A stretch of 64,000 bases of DNA, from positions 704,001 through 768,000 of the forward strand of contig CAXWPJ010000009.1 of the NCBI GenBank assembly GCA_963664115.2. The letters run 5' to 3'. The notes beneath the pieces are model-generated. The model was not told the origin of the DNA. It did not search any database and saw nothing but the letters and a program-made list of their open reading frames with translations. This DNA is from Terriglobia bacterium. Its GTDB lineage: Bacteria; Acidobacteriota; Terriglobia; 20CM-2-55-15. The position numbers and the translations under genes were made by a program. Position 1 is the first letter of the stretch; each line of letters begins with the position of its first letter. Of this stretch, positions 29,135 to 38,521 are shown piece by piece.

Positions 29135-29623
29135 ATGTTGAAGGATCTGATTGGCGCACTGATCCTGTTGCTGATCGCCTCCGGCTACTACGTCCTCACA
29201 GGTGACATTAATTCAAGCGCTCTAGCTGATGAAATCGGAGCGGCCGGAGTTCCTGTAGTCTACGCAATCCTCCTGGCCGCAATCGCTCTCAGCCTTGCCG
29301 CAAAAGCGCTGATCAGACGGCGCTTCACACGTGCCGGCGACCTGGAGCCGATCAACGATCTTCAAGGGGAAGGCCGCAAGTTATCTGGCGCGGCCGGAAT
29401 GCTGGCTATCGGAATAGCCTATGTTGGGGCCGTCACGTTCGTCGGCTACTTAATTTCTATAGCTACGGTGATCGCCTGTGTCGCTCTGTATCAGGGCGAG
29501 CGTGTGGGTTGGCGTCTCGCCCGAATCGCGATTGGTGGCGGCATAACGTTCTGGATTTTCTTTGATCGCTTGCTTGGAGTCGACATGCCATCCGGATTCT
29601 GGTCGGCGTTGGGGGGGGCATGA
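29135..29623 (+). CDS. Tripartite tricarboxylate transporter small subunit TctB
   Basis: Small multi-TM protein, F..LLGVDMP.G C-terminus, located between tctC and tctA. Confidence 0.85.
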   Translation: MLKDLIGALILLLIASGYYVLTGDINSSALADEIGAAGVPVVYAILLAAIALSLAAKALIRRRFTRAGDLEPINDLQGEGRKLSGAAGMLAIGIAYVGAVTFVGYLISIATVIACVALYQGERVGWRLARIAIGGGITFWIFFDRLLGVDMPSGFWSALGGA

Positions 29624-29770
29624 CAGCAGCCTGACAGCAGGGGGGGGACATGACAGCAGCCTGGGGGGGGGGACATGACAGCAGCCTGGGGGGGGGACAT
29701 GACAGCAGCCTGGGGGGGGACAGCCTGGGGGGGGACAGCCTGCAGCAGCCTGGGGGGGAGATGATAGCAG
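29611..29770 (+). repeat. Poly-G tandem repeat (G7-10 + ACATGACAGCAGCCT units) at the tctB/tctA junction
   Basis: Seven G runs (29611, 29640, 29663, 29688, 29712, 29727, 29752) separated by complete or partial ACATGACAGCAGCCT. Confidence 0.9.
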
Positions 29771-31263
29771 CAGTACTTGAAGGACTCAACTTGCTGGTCA
29801 CAACACCCCTCGCACTGGCAGCCCCCGCTGGAGTCGCTTGGGGGATTCTCGGTGGAGCGCTGCCAGGTATTTCACCCTCGATCAGCATGGCTTTGTTGTT
29901 GCCGTTCACCTATGGCATGGAACCCATCTCGGCGATCGTCTTACTGGCATCGACGTATATCGGAGCGGAATACGGAGGCTCGATACCCGCGATTTTGATC
30001 AATACGCCGGGCACCAATGCCGCGGGTGCTACGCTGCTCGATGGTTATCCGATGAAGCAGCAGGGCCGGGGCGGCGAGGCCCTGGGTATTTCCCTCTACT
30101 CCGGTGTCATCGGAAGTTTTTTCGGATTGTTGATGTTAGTCCTGTTGACGAGGCCGCTGGCGAGCCTCGCTCTTCGGTTCACCCCGATGTCGTATTTTGC
30201 TCTGGGTGTCCTCGGTTTGAGTGTGATCGCGTCGTTGGCGGGCAAGTCAATATTGAAGGGCCTTGCTGCCGGCCTGTTGGGTTTGATGCTCTCAACCGTC
30301 GGAACCGACCCAATCTCCGGAGTGCCACGCTTCACCTTCGGACAGGCGGCCCTCCTCGACGGCATCGCGCCCATCCTTGTCATGATCGGACTCTTCGCAG
30401 TCAGCGAGTTATTCCTTCAGTCAAGCCAGCCCGCGTGGGAAAAGGCGCCACCCGAGTCCACAAAGATCCGTTTTCCGGACAGGAAGATGCGGCGGCGGCT
30501 TTTTAAGCCTCAATTGATTGGCTCCGTGGTTGGTACGGTTGAAGGCGTGATTCCAGGGGCCGGAGGAACGATCGCATCGTTTCTGTCCTACAACGAAGCA
30601 CGCCGCTGGTCGGCGACCAAAGAGGAATTCGGACGGGGATCACCGGAAGGCGTCGCAGCGCCTGAGACCGCCAACAACACGGTCGCGACAACAGCATTGG
30701 TTCCCTTGTTAAGTTTCGGAATTCCCGGATCGAATTCCGCCGCGATTCTGCTCGGAGGCCTTCTGGTTCACGGTCTCGTACCGGGCCCCCGTCTTTTCGA
30801 GGAGAACGCCGATGCGGTGATCGGTCTATATACCGGATTGTTTGTCGCGAGCTTATCATTGCTGGTGATCGGCAGTGCCATCCTGCCGCTGTGCCTGTGG
30901 TTGGTGAATCGGCCTAAGGCGGTACTGATGGCTTTCATATACGCCCTGATCTTCTCGGGCATTTACACGATCAATTACAGCCTGGTCGATGTAGGCCTAG
31001 TGCTCGCCGCCGGCACGGTGGGCCTTGTGATGCGGATTCTGGGATTGCCGTTGCTTCCCGCCGTGCTCGGTGTGGTGTTGGGTTTTCTTGTCGAATCGAA
31101 CTATCGCCGATCGCTTGTACTATCGGGCGGTGAACACTCGATTTTTCTCGAGGATCCCATTGCTACGAGTCTCCTTTTAGTCGCGGCACTGTTTATTATT
31201 GGTTCCATCGCTACAAGAATCTGGTCAAGCCGTCGCGGTGGAAAAGAAGCCTCACACGCGTAG
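29761..31263 (+). CDS. Tripartite tricarboxylate transporter permease TctA
   Basis: GALPGIS, YGGSIPAILINTPG, GVAAPETANN, GIPGS; alternative in-frame ATG at 29650. Confidence 0.92.
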   Translation: MIAAVLEGLNLLVTTPLALAAPAGVAWGILGGALPGISPSISMALLLPFTYGMEPISAIVLLASTYIGAEYGGSIPAILINTPGTNAAGATLLDGYPMKQQGRGGEALGISLYSGVIGSFFGLLMLVLLTRPLASLALRFTPMSYFALGVLGLSVIASLAGKSILKGLAAGLLGLMLSTVGTDPISGVPRFTFGQAALLDGIAPILVMIGLFAVSELFLQSSQPAWEKAPPESTKIRFPDRKMRRRLFKPQLIGSVVGTVEGVIPGAGGTIASFLSYNEARRWSATKEEFGRGSPEGVAAPETANNTVATTALVPLLSFGIPGSNSAAILLGGLLVHGLVPGPRLFEENADAVIGLYTGLFVASLSLLVIGSAILPLCLWLVNRPKAVLMAFIYALIFSGIYTINYSLVDVGLVLAAGTVGLVMRILGLPLLPAVLGVVLGFLVESNYRRSLVLSGGEHSIFLEDPIATSLLLVAALFIIGSIATRIWSSRRGGKEASHA

Positions 31264-31267
31264 AGGA

Positions 31268-32641
31268 ATGAGTAAAGAGCAGCCACAACAACCGATCGCT
31301 AAGACCCTGGCGCATTGGATCGAAAATCTCTCTTCTACAGATTTACCCGACGCTGTCACGAGAGCCTGCGCAAATACGGTCATCGATACGATGGGTCTCG
31401 CATTCTCCGCCCGCAACACTGACTACGTCCGAGCGCTTAGGGATTCGTGGACCGGAGAAGGACTCTGCTCGGTAATTGGCACCGGGGACCATCTTACGGC
31501 CGAGGCCGCAGCGATGATCAACGGCACGGCGGCACATGGTGAGGACTTCGACAACACGTTCGAAGGATGCCCGGTACATCCGGGAGCCGTTATCGTACCG
31601 GCGGTGCTGGCGATCGCCGAGAACGAACAACTCTCGGGAACCGACGTTCTGCGCGGCATCGCTGTAGGACAGGAACTCATGTGCCGTATGGGCTTAGCCG
31701 CACAAAAGGGAATACATGCCGCGGGTTTTCATCCAACAGCAGTGATCGGCGCTATGGGAGCCACGGCAGCGGTCGCGGCGGCCACTCGTACGACTCCCGT
31801 CGCGACTGCCAACGCGCTTGGTGTGGCCGGAAGCATGGCGTCAGGCATCATCGAATATCTAGCTGACGGTTCGTGGACCAAAAGGATGCATGCGGGTTGG
31901 GCCGCGCAGTCGGGATTGCGAGCACTCGCAATGGGTCGAGCGGGATTCCAGGGCCCAGTCACTGTGTTTGAAGGTACACATGGATTCTTTCATGCCTTCG
32001 CACCTTCAGTGTCTCCCGACCTCAGCTTGTTGACCACCCGGCTTGGCGAACGATGGGAAATAGCAGGCCTCGCGTTCAAACCCTTTGCTTGCGGAACAAT
32101 GGCACAGCCTTTCGTCGACTGCGCAATCGGCCTGGCAAAGCGTGGAATTCGCGCGGACGACATTCGAAACTTAGAATGCTCCGTCGGTGAGGGCACAGTG
32201 CATCGGCTGTGGGAACCTCTGGAGCTCAAGCAAAACCCACCCACCGCTTACGCCGCGAAATTCAGCACACCTTACTGTATCGCCATTGCCTTTCTTCGCA
32301 GCGATGCGGGATTGGCCGAGTTCGATGAAACGTCGATCAGAGATTCCAGCGTCCTCGCCCTTTCACGTCGAGTCAGTTATGTCATTGACCCTGAAAACGA
32401 ATATCCGCAGAACTATAGCGGTCACATCCGCGCAACGCTAAGCGATGGGACCGTCGTGGAGGAGCGCCAGCCTTATCTTCGTGGTGGCGTTCAGGAGCCT
32501 TTGGAACGGACTGCGTTGATCAAGAAATGTGCGGCCAACATAAGTTACGGTGGTTCTGATCCCGCACTCGCGACTACGGTCGCGCAGTGGGCAGACCGAC
32601 TGCATCAGGACGCCACAACGATTCGACTACCCCGGCTATAG
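31268..32641 (+). CDS. MmgE/PrpD family protein
   Basis: NGTAAHGEDFD, HPGAVIVP, GFHPT, KRMHAG, AKFS. Confidence 0.9.
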   Translation: MSKEQPQQPIAKTLAHWIENLSSTDLPDAVTRACANTVIDTMGLAFSARNTDYVRALRDSWTGEGLCSVIGTGDHLTAEAAAMINGTAAHGEDFDNTFEGCPVHPGAVIVPAVLAIAENEQLSGTDVLRGIAVGQELMCRMGLAAQKGIHAAGFHPTAVIGAMGATAAVAAATRTTPVATANALGVAGSMASGIIEYLADGSWTKRMHAGWAAQSGLRALAMGRAGFQGPVTVFEGTHGFFHAFAPSVSPDLSLLTTRLGERWEIAGLAFKPFACGTMAQPFVDCAIGLAKRGIRADDIRNLECSVGEGTVHRLWEPLELKQNPPTAYAAKFSTPYCIAIAFLRSDAGLAEFDETSIRDSSVLALSRRVSYVIDPENEYPQNYSGHIRATLSDGTVVEERQPYLRGGVQEPLERTALIKKCAANISYGGSDPALATTVAQWADRLHQDATTIRLPRL

Positions 32642-32712
32642 AAACGGCCTGACTCCAGGCTACTTTCACCGCGTTGCCGCAATGGCACGAAACCGGTAAA
32701 CTTTTCCTCGGC

Positions 32713-34128
32713 ATGAAACAAGAAGATGCGCTTCGGGCCTTACGCGAGGGTGATTACGAAACCGCCGCGAACCTGCTCGAAACAGTCGTTCGGGAAAACC
32801 GATTCAGCTCGGATGTTCTAAACAACGCGTACACGATCGCGCTCTACTCAGCAGGCAATACTGGAGAGCTCGCCGACGCTGCGTTTCGAATCGGTCAGGT
32901 TTACGAGGAAACGAATCCCGGCCTTGCACTCGACTATTACCAACGGGCCGTTTACTCCGGACTGGATCCATCCCGAGTTCGTAGCGTTTGCGAGTTCCAG
33001 ACACGATCAACCCTACCGCTCGACACGCGTCCTTCAAGCAACATTCGCACTGGCCATATCGCGCACGTGATCGGTTGCTTCCAACCGGGTCACGCGCCGA
33101 GCCTCTATATTCAGTTGATGGCGAAAGCACTCGCCGAACACGGCGTCCGATCAACTGTATTTACGACAGAGTGGGCGTCGGACTGGTTTTTCAACCCCCC
33201 CGGACGACAATCGAAACCGGTCGATGTCGAGGCAGAAACCTTCGTGGGTCCCGAACGTGGCAACTTCCTCGAACGCGCTGAGCGGGTAGCCACTGCGCTT
33301 CGCGATCGGGACATCGACATCGCTTTTTATCATTGCGGGCCGACCGAATAGATAACCGTTCGAGTGGCAGCATTTCGGCCAGCGCCGATTCAGATCAACG
33401 TCAACCATGCCACCGAAGTCGACGCCGACATCTTCGAAGGTTTCGCCCATCTCTTCCAGAACGGTTTGGAAAGAAGCCGGTATCGGCATCGTCCATCGCG
33501 TTGGATTCCATTGATTTCCGATATCGTAGAACGTCTGAAATCATGCGTGCCCCGCAAGCGCGACGAATTTGGCATTGCGGGGGCCGAAACCATTTCGGGC
33601 ACGTACGGTAACCTTTTCAAAGCCAGTCCGGATTATGTGCGGACCCTCATCCGGATTATGCAGAAATTTCCCACACACCATCACTTCTTCGCAGGATCGG
33701 GAGACCCGGCCCCCATCCAAAAACTCCTGGAAGCCGCTGGACTGATGCCCCGCGTCCGATTCCTCGGATTTATGGACGACATTGCGAACCTCCTGGACAT
33801 GACCGACCTCTACCTGAATACCTTTCCTGTTTCTGGCGGACAGTCGGTACTGGAACCGATGGCAGCCGCCAAGCCGGTTGTCATATTGCGGCACGCGGAG
33901 GCAACGCACTGTAATGCAGGAGCCGAGCTGGCCGGAATCGAAGAAGTCTCGGTTTATACCGAGGACGATTACGTGGAGCTGGCCGCAAGGTTGATCGAGA
34001 ATCCGGCGTTACGCCGACAGTACGGCGAGAGACTGCAGGGACGTTTCCAAGAAAATTTCCGGCCGACGGATCTGGGGCCCAAGTACATGGATTTCATGAA
34101 GGAAGTCATAGAAGAATCAGGGCGTTAA
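32713..34128 (+). pseudogene. TPR plus GT-B glycosyltransferase (O-GlcNAc transferase-like) interrupted by an in-frame TAG at 33349-33351
   Basis: Track ORFs 32674-33351 and 33364-34128 share one frame; RPAPIQIN and DLYLNTFPVSGG motifs. Confidence 0.75.
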
Positions 34129-34159
34129 ATCATCCCGTTTGTTGCAGAATATAAGAAGG

Positions 34160-35575
34160 ATGAGACGCAACCCAACCCGACTGCTTGCCATCGTATTGTT
34201 TACAACTCTCGTGAGCGCTTGCGGTGGTCCCGCCCCGCAAGACGAACCCATACCCGCAGCAGTCACCCCCTTCGCCCCAACACTGTCCAGGATTGCGACA
34301 CCCGTCCTGGTTCCTGTCGCCCAGCTCCGTACTCTTGTCGATCGACGGCTGTCGGGGGAACTCTATTCCGAATCGCGCCAGATCACGACCGGCGTGACGC
34401 TCGACATCGTCCTCAATCGGCGCAACGCACCGATCACAATGGAGATGACCGGGGACACGCTGACAACGGAAGTGCCCCTCAACGTGAACGGGAGAGTAAC
34501 TCTGGGACTGGGTCCGTTCAGCATCGGACGGCCCGAAGGATTCGACGCAGATCTGGACGTGCAACTCAAAACAGCAGTGAGACTGAATCCGGACTGGACG
34601 GTAGCTTCGGATTCTACCGTCTCAATCAACGTCCAGCGTGCCGAGATCACTGTGCCTGGATTGGAATTGAACGTATCGGCGATCATCGAGGAGATACTCC
34701 AGAGAAACTCCGAAAGAGTCGCGGCCCCTCTGGACAACTATCTCGCCGACCTCGATGTTCGAGGAATGTTGGAGCCGGTCTGGGAAGGCTTCGCCGAACC
34801 CATTCAGCTCACCGAGGACCCGTCGGTGTGGCTCCGTATTGAACCTGTCGCTTTCAATCTGTCACCGGCCGAAGCTTCAAGCGGAAACATGCGGTTCGAT
34901 GTCGGTATGGAAATGTACATCGACTCCGTTGTCGGAGAGCGACCCGAGTCGTTGACGCTGGGACCGATACCGCAGCTGGGAGCGGCACCGGAAGGCACTG
35001 GTGCATTTCAGATTGCGATTCCGATCAGACTCGAATTGGATGAAGCGACGGAGGCTATCTCGGGTCAGATCGTTGGACGCGAGGATGAAATCGGAACAAG
35101 CGCTCGAGTTCGATGGCTGGGAATCGAATTATCCGGAAGCGATGACCGCCTGAGGGCCGCCGTCCGCTTCGAAGCAGATACGGGCCTGTGGTTTGTTGAC
35201 GAATTGTCTGGAGAGATGGCGCTGGAGGGCCGTCCGTCCTATGACCGGGATACGCATACTCTGAGAGTGACGGGTGTCGACTATCAACTTGAGTCTGACA
35301 GCAGGCTCGCCTGGATTGCCGACCGATTGCTTCACCGGAGACTTCGGGATCGCATACAGGAGGCACTCGTGTTTCCGCTCGAAACGGTTATCGAGGATAT
35401 TCGCGAGCGTCTCCAGAGCGAACTGGAAGGCATTTCGCTCAGCAGCTACGGAACCATGAACGCGCAGATTGACACACTGAGCCCGGAATCGGTTCGTGTG
35501 GACGGCTCGGTCTTAGAGCTTTTGATACGAGCGGACGGAACGATGGGTTTGAACCTGACCTTACCTGCCAACTAG
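34160..35575 (+). CDS. DUF4403-like lipoprotein
   Basis: Lipobox VSAC, beta-rich body, PSVWLRIEP motif. Confidence 0.65.
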   Translation: MRRNPTRLLAIVLFTTLVSACGGPAPQDEPIPAAVTPFAPTLSRIATPVLVPVAQLRTLVDRRLSGELYSESRQITTGVTLDIVLNRRNAPITMEMTGDTLTTEVPLNVNGRVTLGLGPFSIGRPEGFDADLDVQLKTAVRLNPDWTVASDSTVSINVQRAEITVPGLELNVSAIIEEILQRNSERVAAPLDNYLADLDVRGMLEPVWEGFAEPIQLTEDPSVWLRIEPVAFNLSPAEASSGNMRFDVGMEMYIDSVVGERPESLTLGPIPQLGAAPEGTGAFQIAIPIRLELDEATEAISGQIVGREDEIGTSARVRWLGIELSGSDDRLRAAVRFEADTGLWFVDELSGEMALEGRPSYDRDTHTLRVTGVDYQLESDSRLAWIADRLLHRRLRDRIQEALVFPLETVIEDIRERLQSELEGISLSSYGTMNAQIDTLSPESVRVDGSVLELLIRADGTMGLNLTLPAN

Positions 35576-35588
35576 AGTCTAGCCAACT
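35571..35588 (+). repeat. 18-bp direct repeat, left boundary of integron island 2
   Basis: ACTAGAGTCTAGCCAACT, identical at 40434-40451 and 40660-40677. Confidence 0.85.
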
Positions 35589-35682
35589 GCGGAACCTATT
35601 ATACCCTCGTCTGACTTCTGCGGTCCGCTCGCCTCTTGGCTCGCGCAGTCGCATTCGCGACACAAAAAAGATCTCCCGAGGG

Positions 35683-35840
35683 AGGTTCAGCCACTTCCTT
35701 GACCGGATGCCCCTTCTCGGCGACCTGCCGGATCGATTCCCGCCGGAACTCTTCCGTGTATCGCTGCTGTCTCATACTTACACTCCTGAGGTTGCCTCAT
35801 TTTAGCCCTCACAAATGTCTACGAAAGTATGGGCATTCCA
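35683..35840 (-). mobile_element. IS3-family remnant (left IR plus start of orfA)
   Basis: TG-initiated end TGGAATGCCCATACTTTCGTAGACA, RBS, then MRQQRYTEEFRRESIRQVAEKGHPVKEVAE (HTH_Tnp_1-like), truncated. Confidence 0.8.
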
Positions 35841-35845
35841 TCGCG

Positions 35846-36045
35846 CCTTCCGAATAAACCCTTCTCCACTTCGCCAGCTTGTACGCACATCTCCAACGGA
35901 AACTTCCTTACAGCAAGTTACGAACGTCATGTAAGATCTTGATACTTGAACACACTGCAAAAAGGATGAGATAACTCATAAAGACTTAATGAGGTGGGAG
36001 TAGCGTGACTCGCTTTTCCCGCGTCCGCTCATTTATGAGTTGGGC
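35846..36045 (+). mobile_element. intI 3' vestige (CCT TCC GAA TAA) plus attI region of integron 2 (core GCTCATT-TATGA-GTTGGGC at 36027-36045)
   Basis: Colinear homologue of 10601-10400 (minus); same last codons PSE* as intI; stop-to-crossover distance 182 vs 184 bp. Confidence 0.85.
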
Positions 36046-36145
36046 GGACAAGCAAGAACGATGCGTCAGTGACATGCAGAACACATTGAGGCGAGTCCAA
36101 TCGCGATAGGCTATTCCAAGGATCGGACGTTGAACAGGATCAAAC

Positions 36146-36382
36146 ATGCATGACTCCAATACGCGACGGTGTGCTGTATGCGGACGGGAGTATCAGTGGG
36201 AACCGCACAGGTACGATGGCGAATACATTCCGAGGTATCAGCTAAACGCATGTTCACCTTGCTATATGGGGAATTGGGATGGCTGGAATCCCCATTTCGA
36301 ATCCAAGTTAGTTAAGCATCTCGAGTCAAAGGGCCTCCCTCTGCCCGAGAGGAACGAAAGAGGGTGGTTTCCGAGGGACTAA
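36146..36382 (+). CDS. Small CxxC...CxxC protein, cassette gene
   Basis: CAVC...CSPC...NWDGWNP; within the first cassette of array 2. Confidence 0.6.
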   Translation: MHDSNTRRCAVCGREYQWEPHRYDGEYIPRYQLNACSPCYMGNWDGWNPHFESKLVKHLESKGLPLPERNERGWFPRD

Positions 36383-36409
36383 TGACGCCCGACGATCTGA
36401 GGTTGCAAG

Positions 36410-36886
36410 ATGAGCTTGAAGGATGAGATCGAAAAGCTAATCCAGGACGAACAGCGGAAGATCCGAGACCGCGACCGTGAGACCAAGAAGTACTACTCAA
36501 AGCTGCGAGAATGCTTTGCACCGCTCCGCAAACTGCTAGAACAACTAGTCGTTTCAATTGAAAAGCCTTACATCAAATCACGCATTGACGACCAGAAAGC
36601 AACTTTGGAAGTCGGACGTGAGGAGAATGGTCGTTTCTTGGCAGACGTGCGTTGGGAAATTGAACCACATTATTCTACAGACACAGCCGATCACGAGGAG
36701 AGCCTCTCACAACCTGTCGTATTCTCCATCGGGGAGACTCACTATTTCCGAATGGAGGATGAGGTCTTGGAGAACGCCGAGCGCTTCGATACAGATCATG
36801 CCGTCGTCGAGTACCTCATGAGGTGCATTGCTGAAAAGATTGCCCATTACCGCCATCTTCAGTCCTTGGTTCGTCCCACGGAATGA
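36410..36886 (+). CDS. Hypothetical protein, second gene of the same cassette
   Basis: 158-aa ORF with RBS, ends 16 nt before attC. Confidence 0.65.
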   Translation: MSLKDEIEKLIQDEQRKIRDRDRETKKYYSKLRECFAPLRKLLEQLVVSIEKPYIKSRIDDQKATLEVGREENGRFLADVRWEIEPHYSTDTADHEESLSQPVVFSIGETHYFRMEDEVLENAERFDTDHAVVEYLMRCIAEKIAHYRHLQSLVRPTE

Positions 36887-36902
36887 ACAGCCGAATGTGG
36901 CC

Positions 36903-37022
36903 GCCCAACAAGGCAATGAAGCAGTCAGACCGTGAACGCGATAGGCACTGCAGCTTTTCTCAGGCACTGTCGGTTGGCGTCGCCCATCGCACGACCTGCA
37001 GCTTATTGCCGGACGGTTAGAC
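36903..37022 (+). mobile_element. attC site
   Basis: GCCCAAC-aaggca-ATGAAGCAG...CAGCTTAT-tgccggacg-GTTAGAC; R'' complements GTTGGGC at attI. Confidence 0.9.
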
Positions 37023-37093
37023 GCACCCAGGAGGAGACAGTTGTTACTACAGATCGCACGTCGTGAGGACTCGGGTGTCAGGATCGAACGCAG

Positions 37094-37523
37094 ATGAGGG
37101 TTGAAGAAGAATACGCAGACGTCCTCCAAAATATCGAGTCGGCCATCGTGGCCGTCTTCGATGCGGATCCGAAAGTGGCTGATCGCGATGTGCTCGCTGC
37201 GGTCGATGCGCTGACGAGAAGTTACATGCGTGACAAGGCCGGGCGTGGCACTGAAGCACCAGGGCCGCCCGGCCGGGCGCGAGCTGTGTATCAGCAATGT
37301 CGACGTATCTGCGAATGGCGCCTCGGTCGACAGTCCCTGAACGAGGGGGGAACCCAGTCAAGATGATCCTCAATTGGACGAACTATCAGTGTCAGAGATG
37401 ATCCTGTGTCTGAAACGACTCCGGAAGTCCATTCGTTTGTGGCACTCAGAAGGAGGACGCCAAGGGTATCTGAGATACGTCCGTCAATTCCTTGACGATG
37501 CGGCCTCTCAATCGGGAGTCTAA
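37094..37523 (+). pseudogene. Hypothetical cassette gene frameshifted in a G6 run (37345-37350)
   Basis: Removing one G joins MRVEEEYADVLQNIE... to ...CLKRLRKSIRLWHSEGGRQGYLRYV...* with the stop in R''. Confidence 0.7.
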
Positions 37524-37577
37524 CAAGGCAATGAAGCTGCCAGTCCGTAGGTGTTCTTACGGGGAAGGACGTTATAG
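37518..37577 (+). mobile_element. Degenerate/chimeric attC site
   Basis: Good left half GTCTAAC-aaggca-ATGAAGCTG; right half poorly complementary, ending GTTATAG. Confidence 0.6.
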
Positions 37578-38039
37578 GTGAACATCAGTAGAATAGCGAG
37601 CCGTGTTTCCGGAAAGTGTATATCTCACCTGACAGCGCCCGAAAACGGACAGTTCGCGATTCACTTCGTAGATGGCTCCGCGCTCCTCATCGTACGGCTG
37701 CGAGGAGGTCTGGCTATCGACTTCATATCGCAGAACCGTTCCAGCGACTGCCCGGTCGCGGTTCAGCCCACGTCACGCCAACGCGAGTATCTCGACTTCA
37801 TCAAGAAATACATCGTCCGCTTTGGCTTATCTCCCGCGGAATCTGACATTCAGCGGCACTTCCTTGTGTCTGCGCCCTCAGTGAATCAGATGATGCAGGT
37901 GCTTGAACGACACGGCTTTATCATGCGACAGCGGGGAGTGCCACGGTCGATCCGTCTGGTTGAGGCCACCGACTGTTCGGTCTGTGGAAGTACTCATCAC
38001 GTAAAGGGCGCGGGCCCTGGAGGCATAACAAGGCGATGA
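37578..38039 (+). CDS. LexA-type winged-helix DNA-binding protein without peptidase domain, cassette
   Basis: TSRQREYLDFI..Y....G.SP...DIQRHF.VSAPSVNQM...LER.G.I.R..G.PRSIRL. Confidence 0.75.
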   Translation: MNISRIASRVSGKCISHLTAPENGQFAIHFVDGSALLIVRLRGGLAIDFISQNRSSDCPVAVQPTSRQREYLDFIKKYIVRFGLSPAESDIQRHFLVSAPSVNQMMQVLERHGFIMRQRGVPRSIRLVEATDCSVCGSTHHVKGAGPGGITRR

Positions 38040-38146
38040 ACCCGCCGTCGCAGATTCGGGCCCCGCTGCAATTGCCTCGAATTTTAGTGCTGTCGGCCCG
38101 CAAAAACAGTTCGCTGGCGGCTCGGGTTATCGCCAATCCGTTATGC
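38023..38146 (+). mobile_element. attC site
   Basis: GCATAAC-aaggcg-ATGAACCCG...CGGGTTAT-cgccaatcc-GTTATGC. Confidence 0.9.
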
Positions 38147-38169
38147 CGACAATCTCGCCTACGTAGGAC

Positions 38170-38198
38170 TTGCCCATACTGCGCCAATGGCGTAGCAT
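38170..38198 (+). promoter_or_regulatory. Cassette-internal TA promoter with operator palindrome
   Basis: TTGCCC-17 bp-TAGCAT with an overlapping near-palindrome TGCGCCA-A-TGGCGTA. Confidence 0.65.
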
Positions 38199-38203
38199 GA
38201 AGT

Positions 38204-38521
38204 GTGCTCATCGTTGAGACTCCGATCTTCACGAAACGGCTTCGCCAGGCTCTCGATGAGGAACAGTACCGCTTGCTTCAGGCAGCCCTGGTTGCTTCCC
38301 CTGACTTGGGTAAAGTTGTCCCGGGTGGTGGTGGCATCCGAAAGCTTCGTTGGGCAGGGAGTGGTCGAGGCAAGCGGGGTGGAGCCAGAGTTATGTATCA
38401 ATGGTCGCAGACGCACGAAAGACTCTTGATGCTGTTCATCTTCTTGAAGAACGAAAGGTCAGATCTAAGCGCTCGACAGTTGAGGCAACTTCGCCGCGTC
38501 GTGGAGAGTGAATTGGAATGA
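38204..38521 (+). CDS. higB: Type II TA toxin, RelE/HigB family
   Basis: ETPIF...P..G.VVPGGGGIRKLRW...GRGKRGGARV.Y...KNERSDL; toxin-first gene order. Confidence 0.85.
   Translation: MLIVETPIFTKRLRQALDEEQYRLLQAALVASPDLGKVVPGGGGIRKLRWAGSGRGKRGGARVMYQWSQTHERLLMLFIFLKNERSDLSARQLRQLRRVVESELE

Noticed and set aside
29611-29770. Possible CRISPR array
   Set aside because: No unique spacers (only G runs) and no cas genes.
35589-35606. GCGGAACCTATTATACCC as another oriIS end
   Set aside because: Only a loose resemblance, lacks GTTTGAA, and is equally explained as a minus-strand TATAAT; too short to support.
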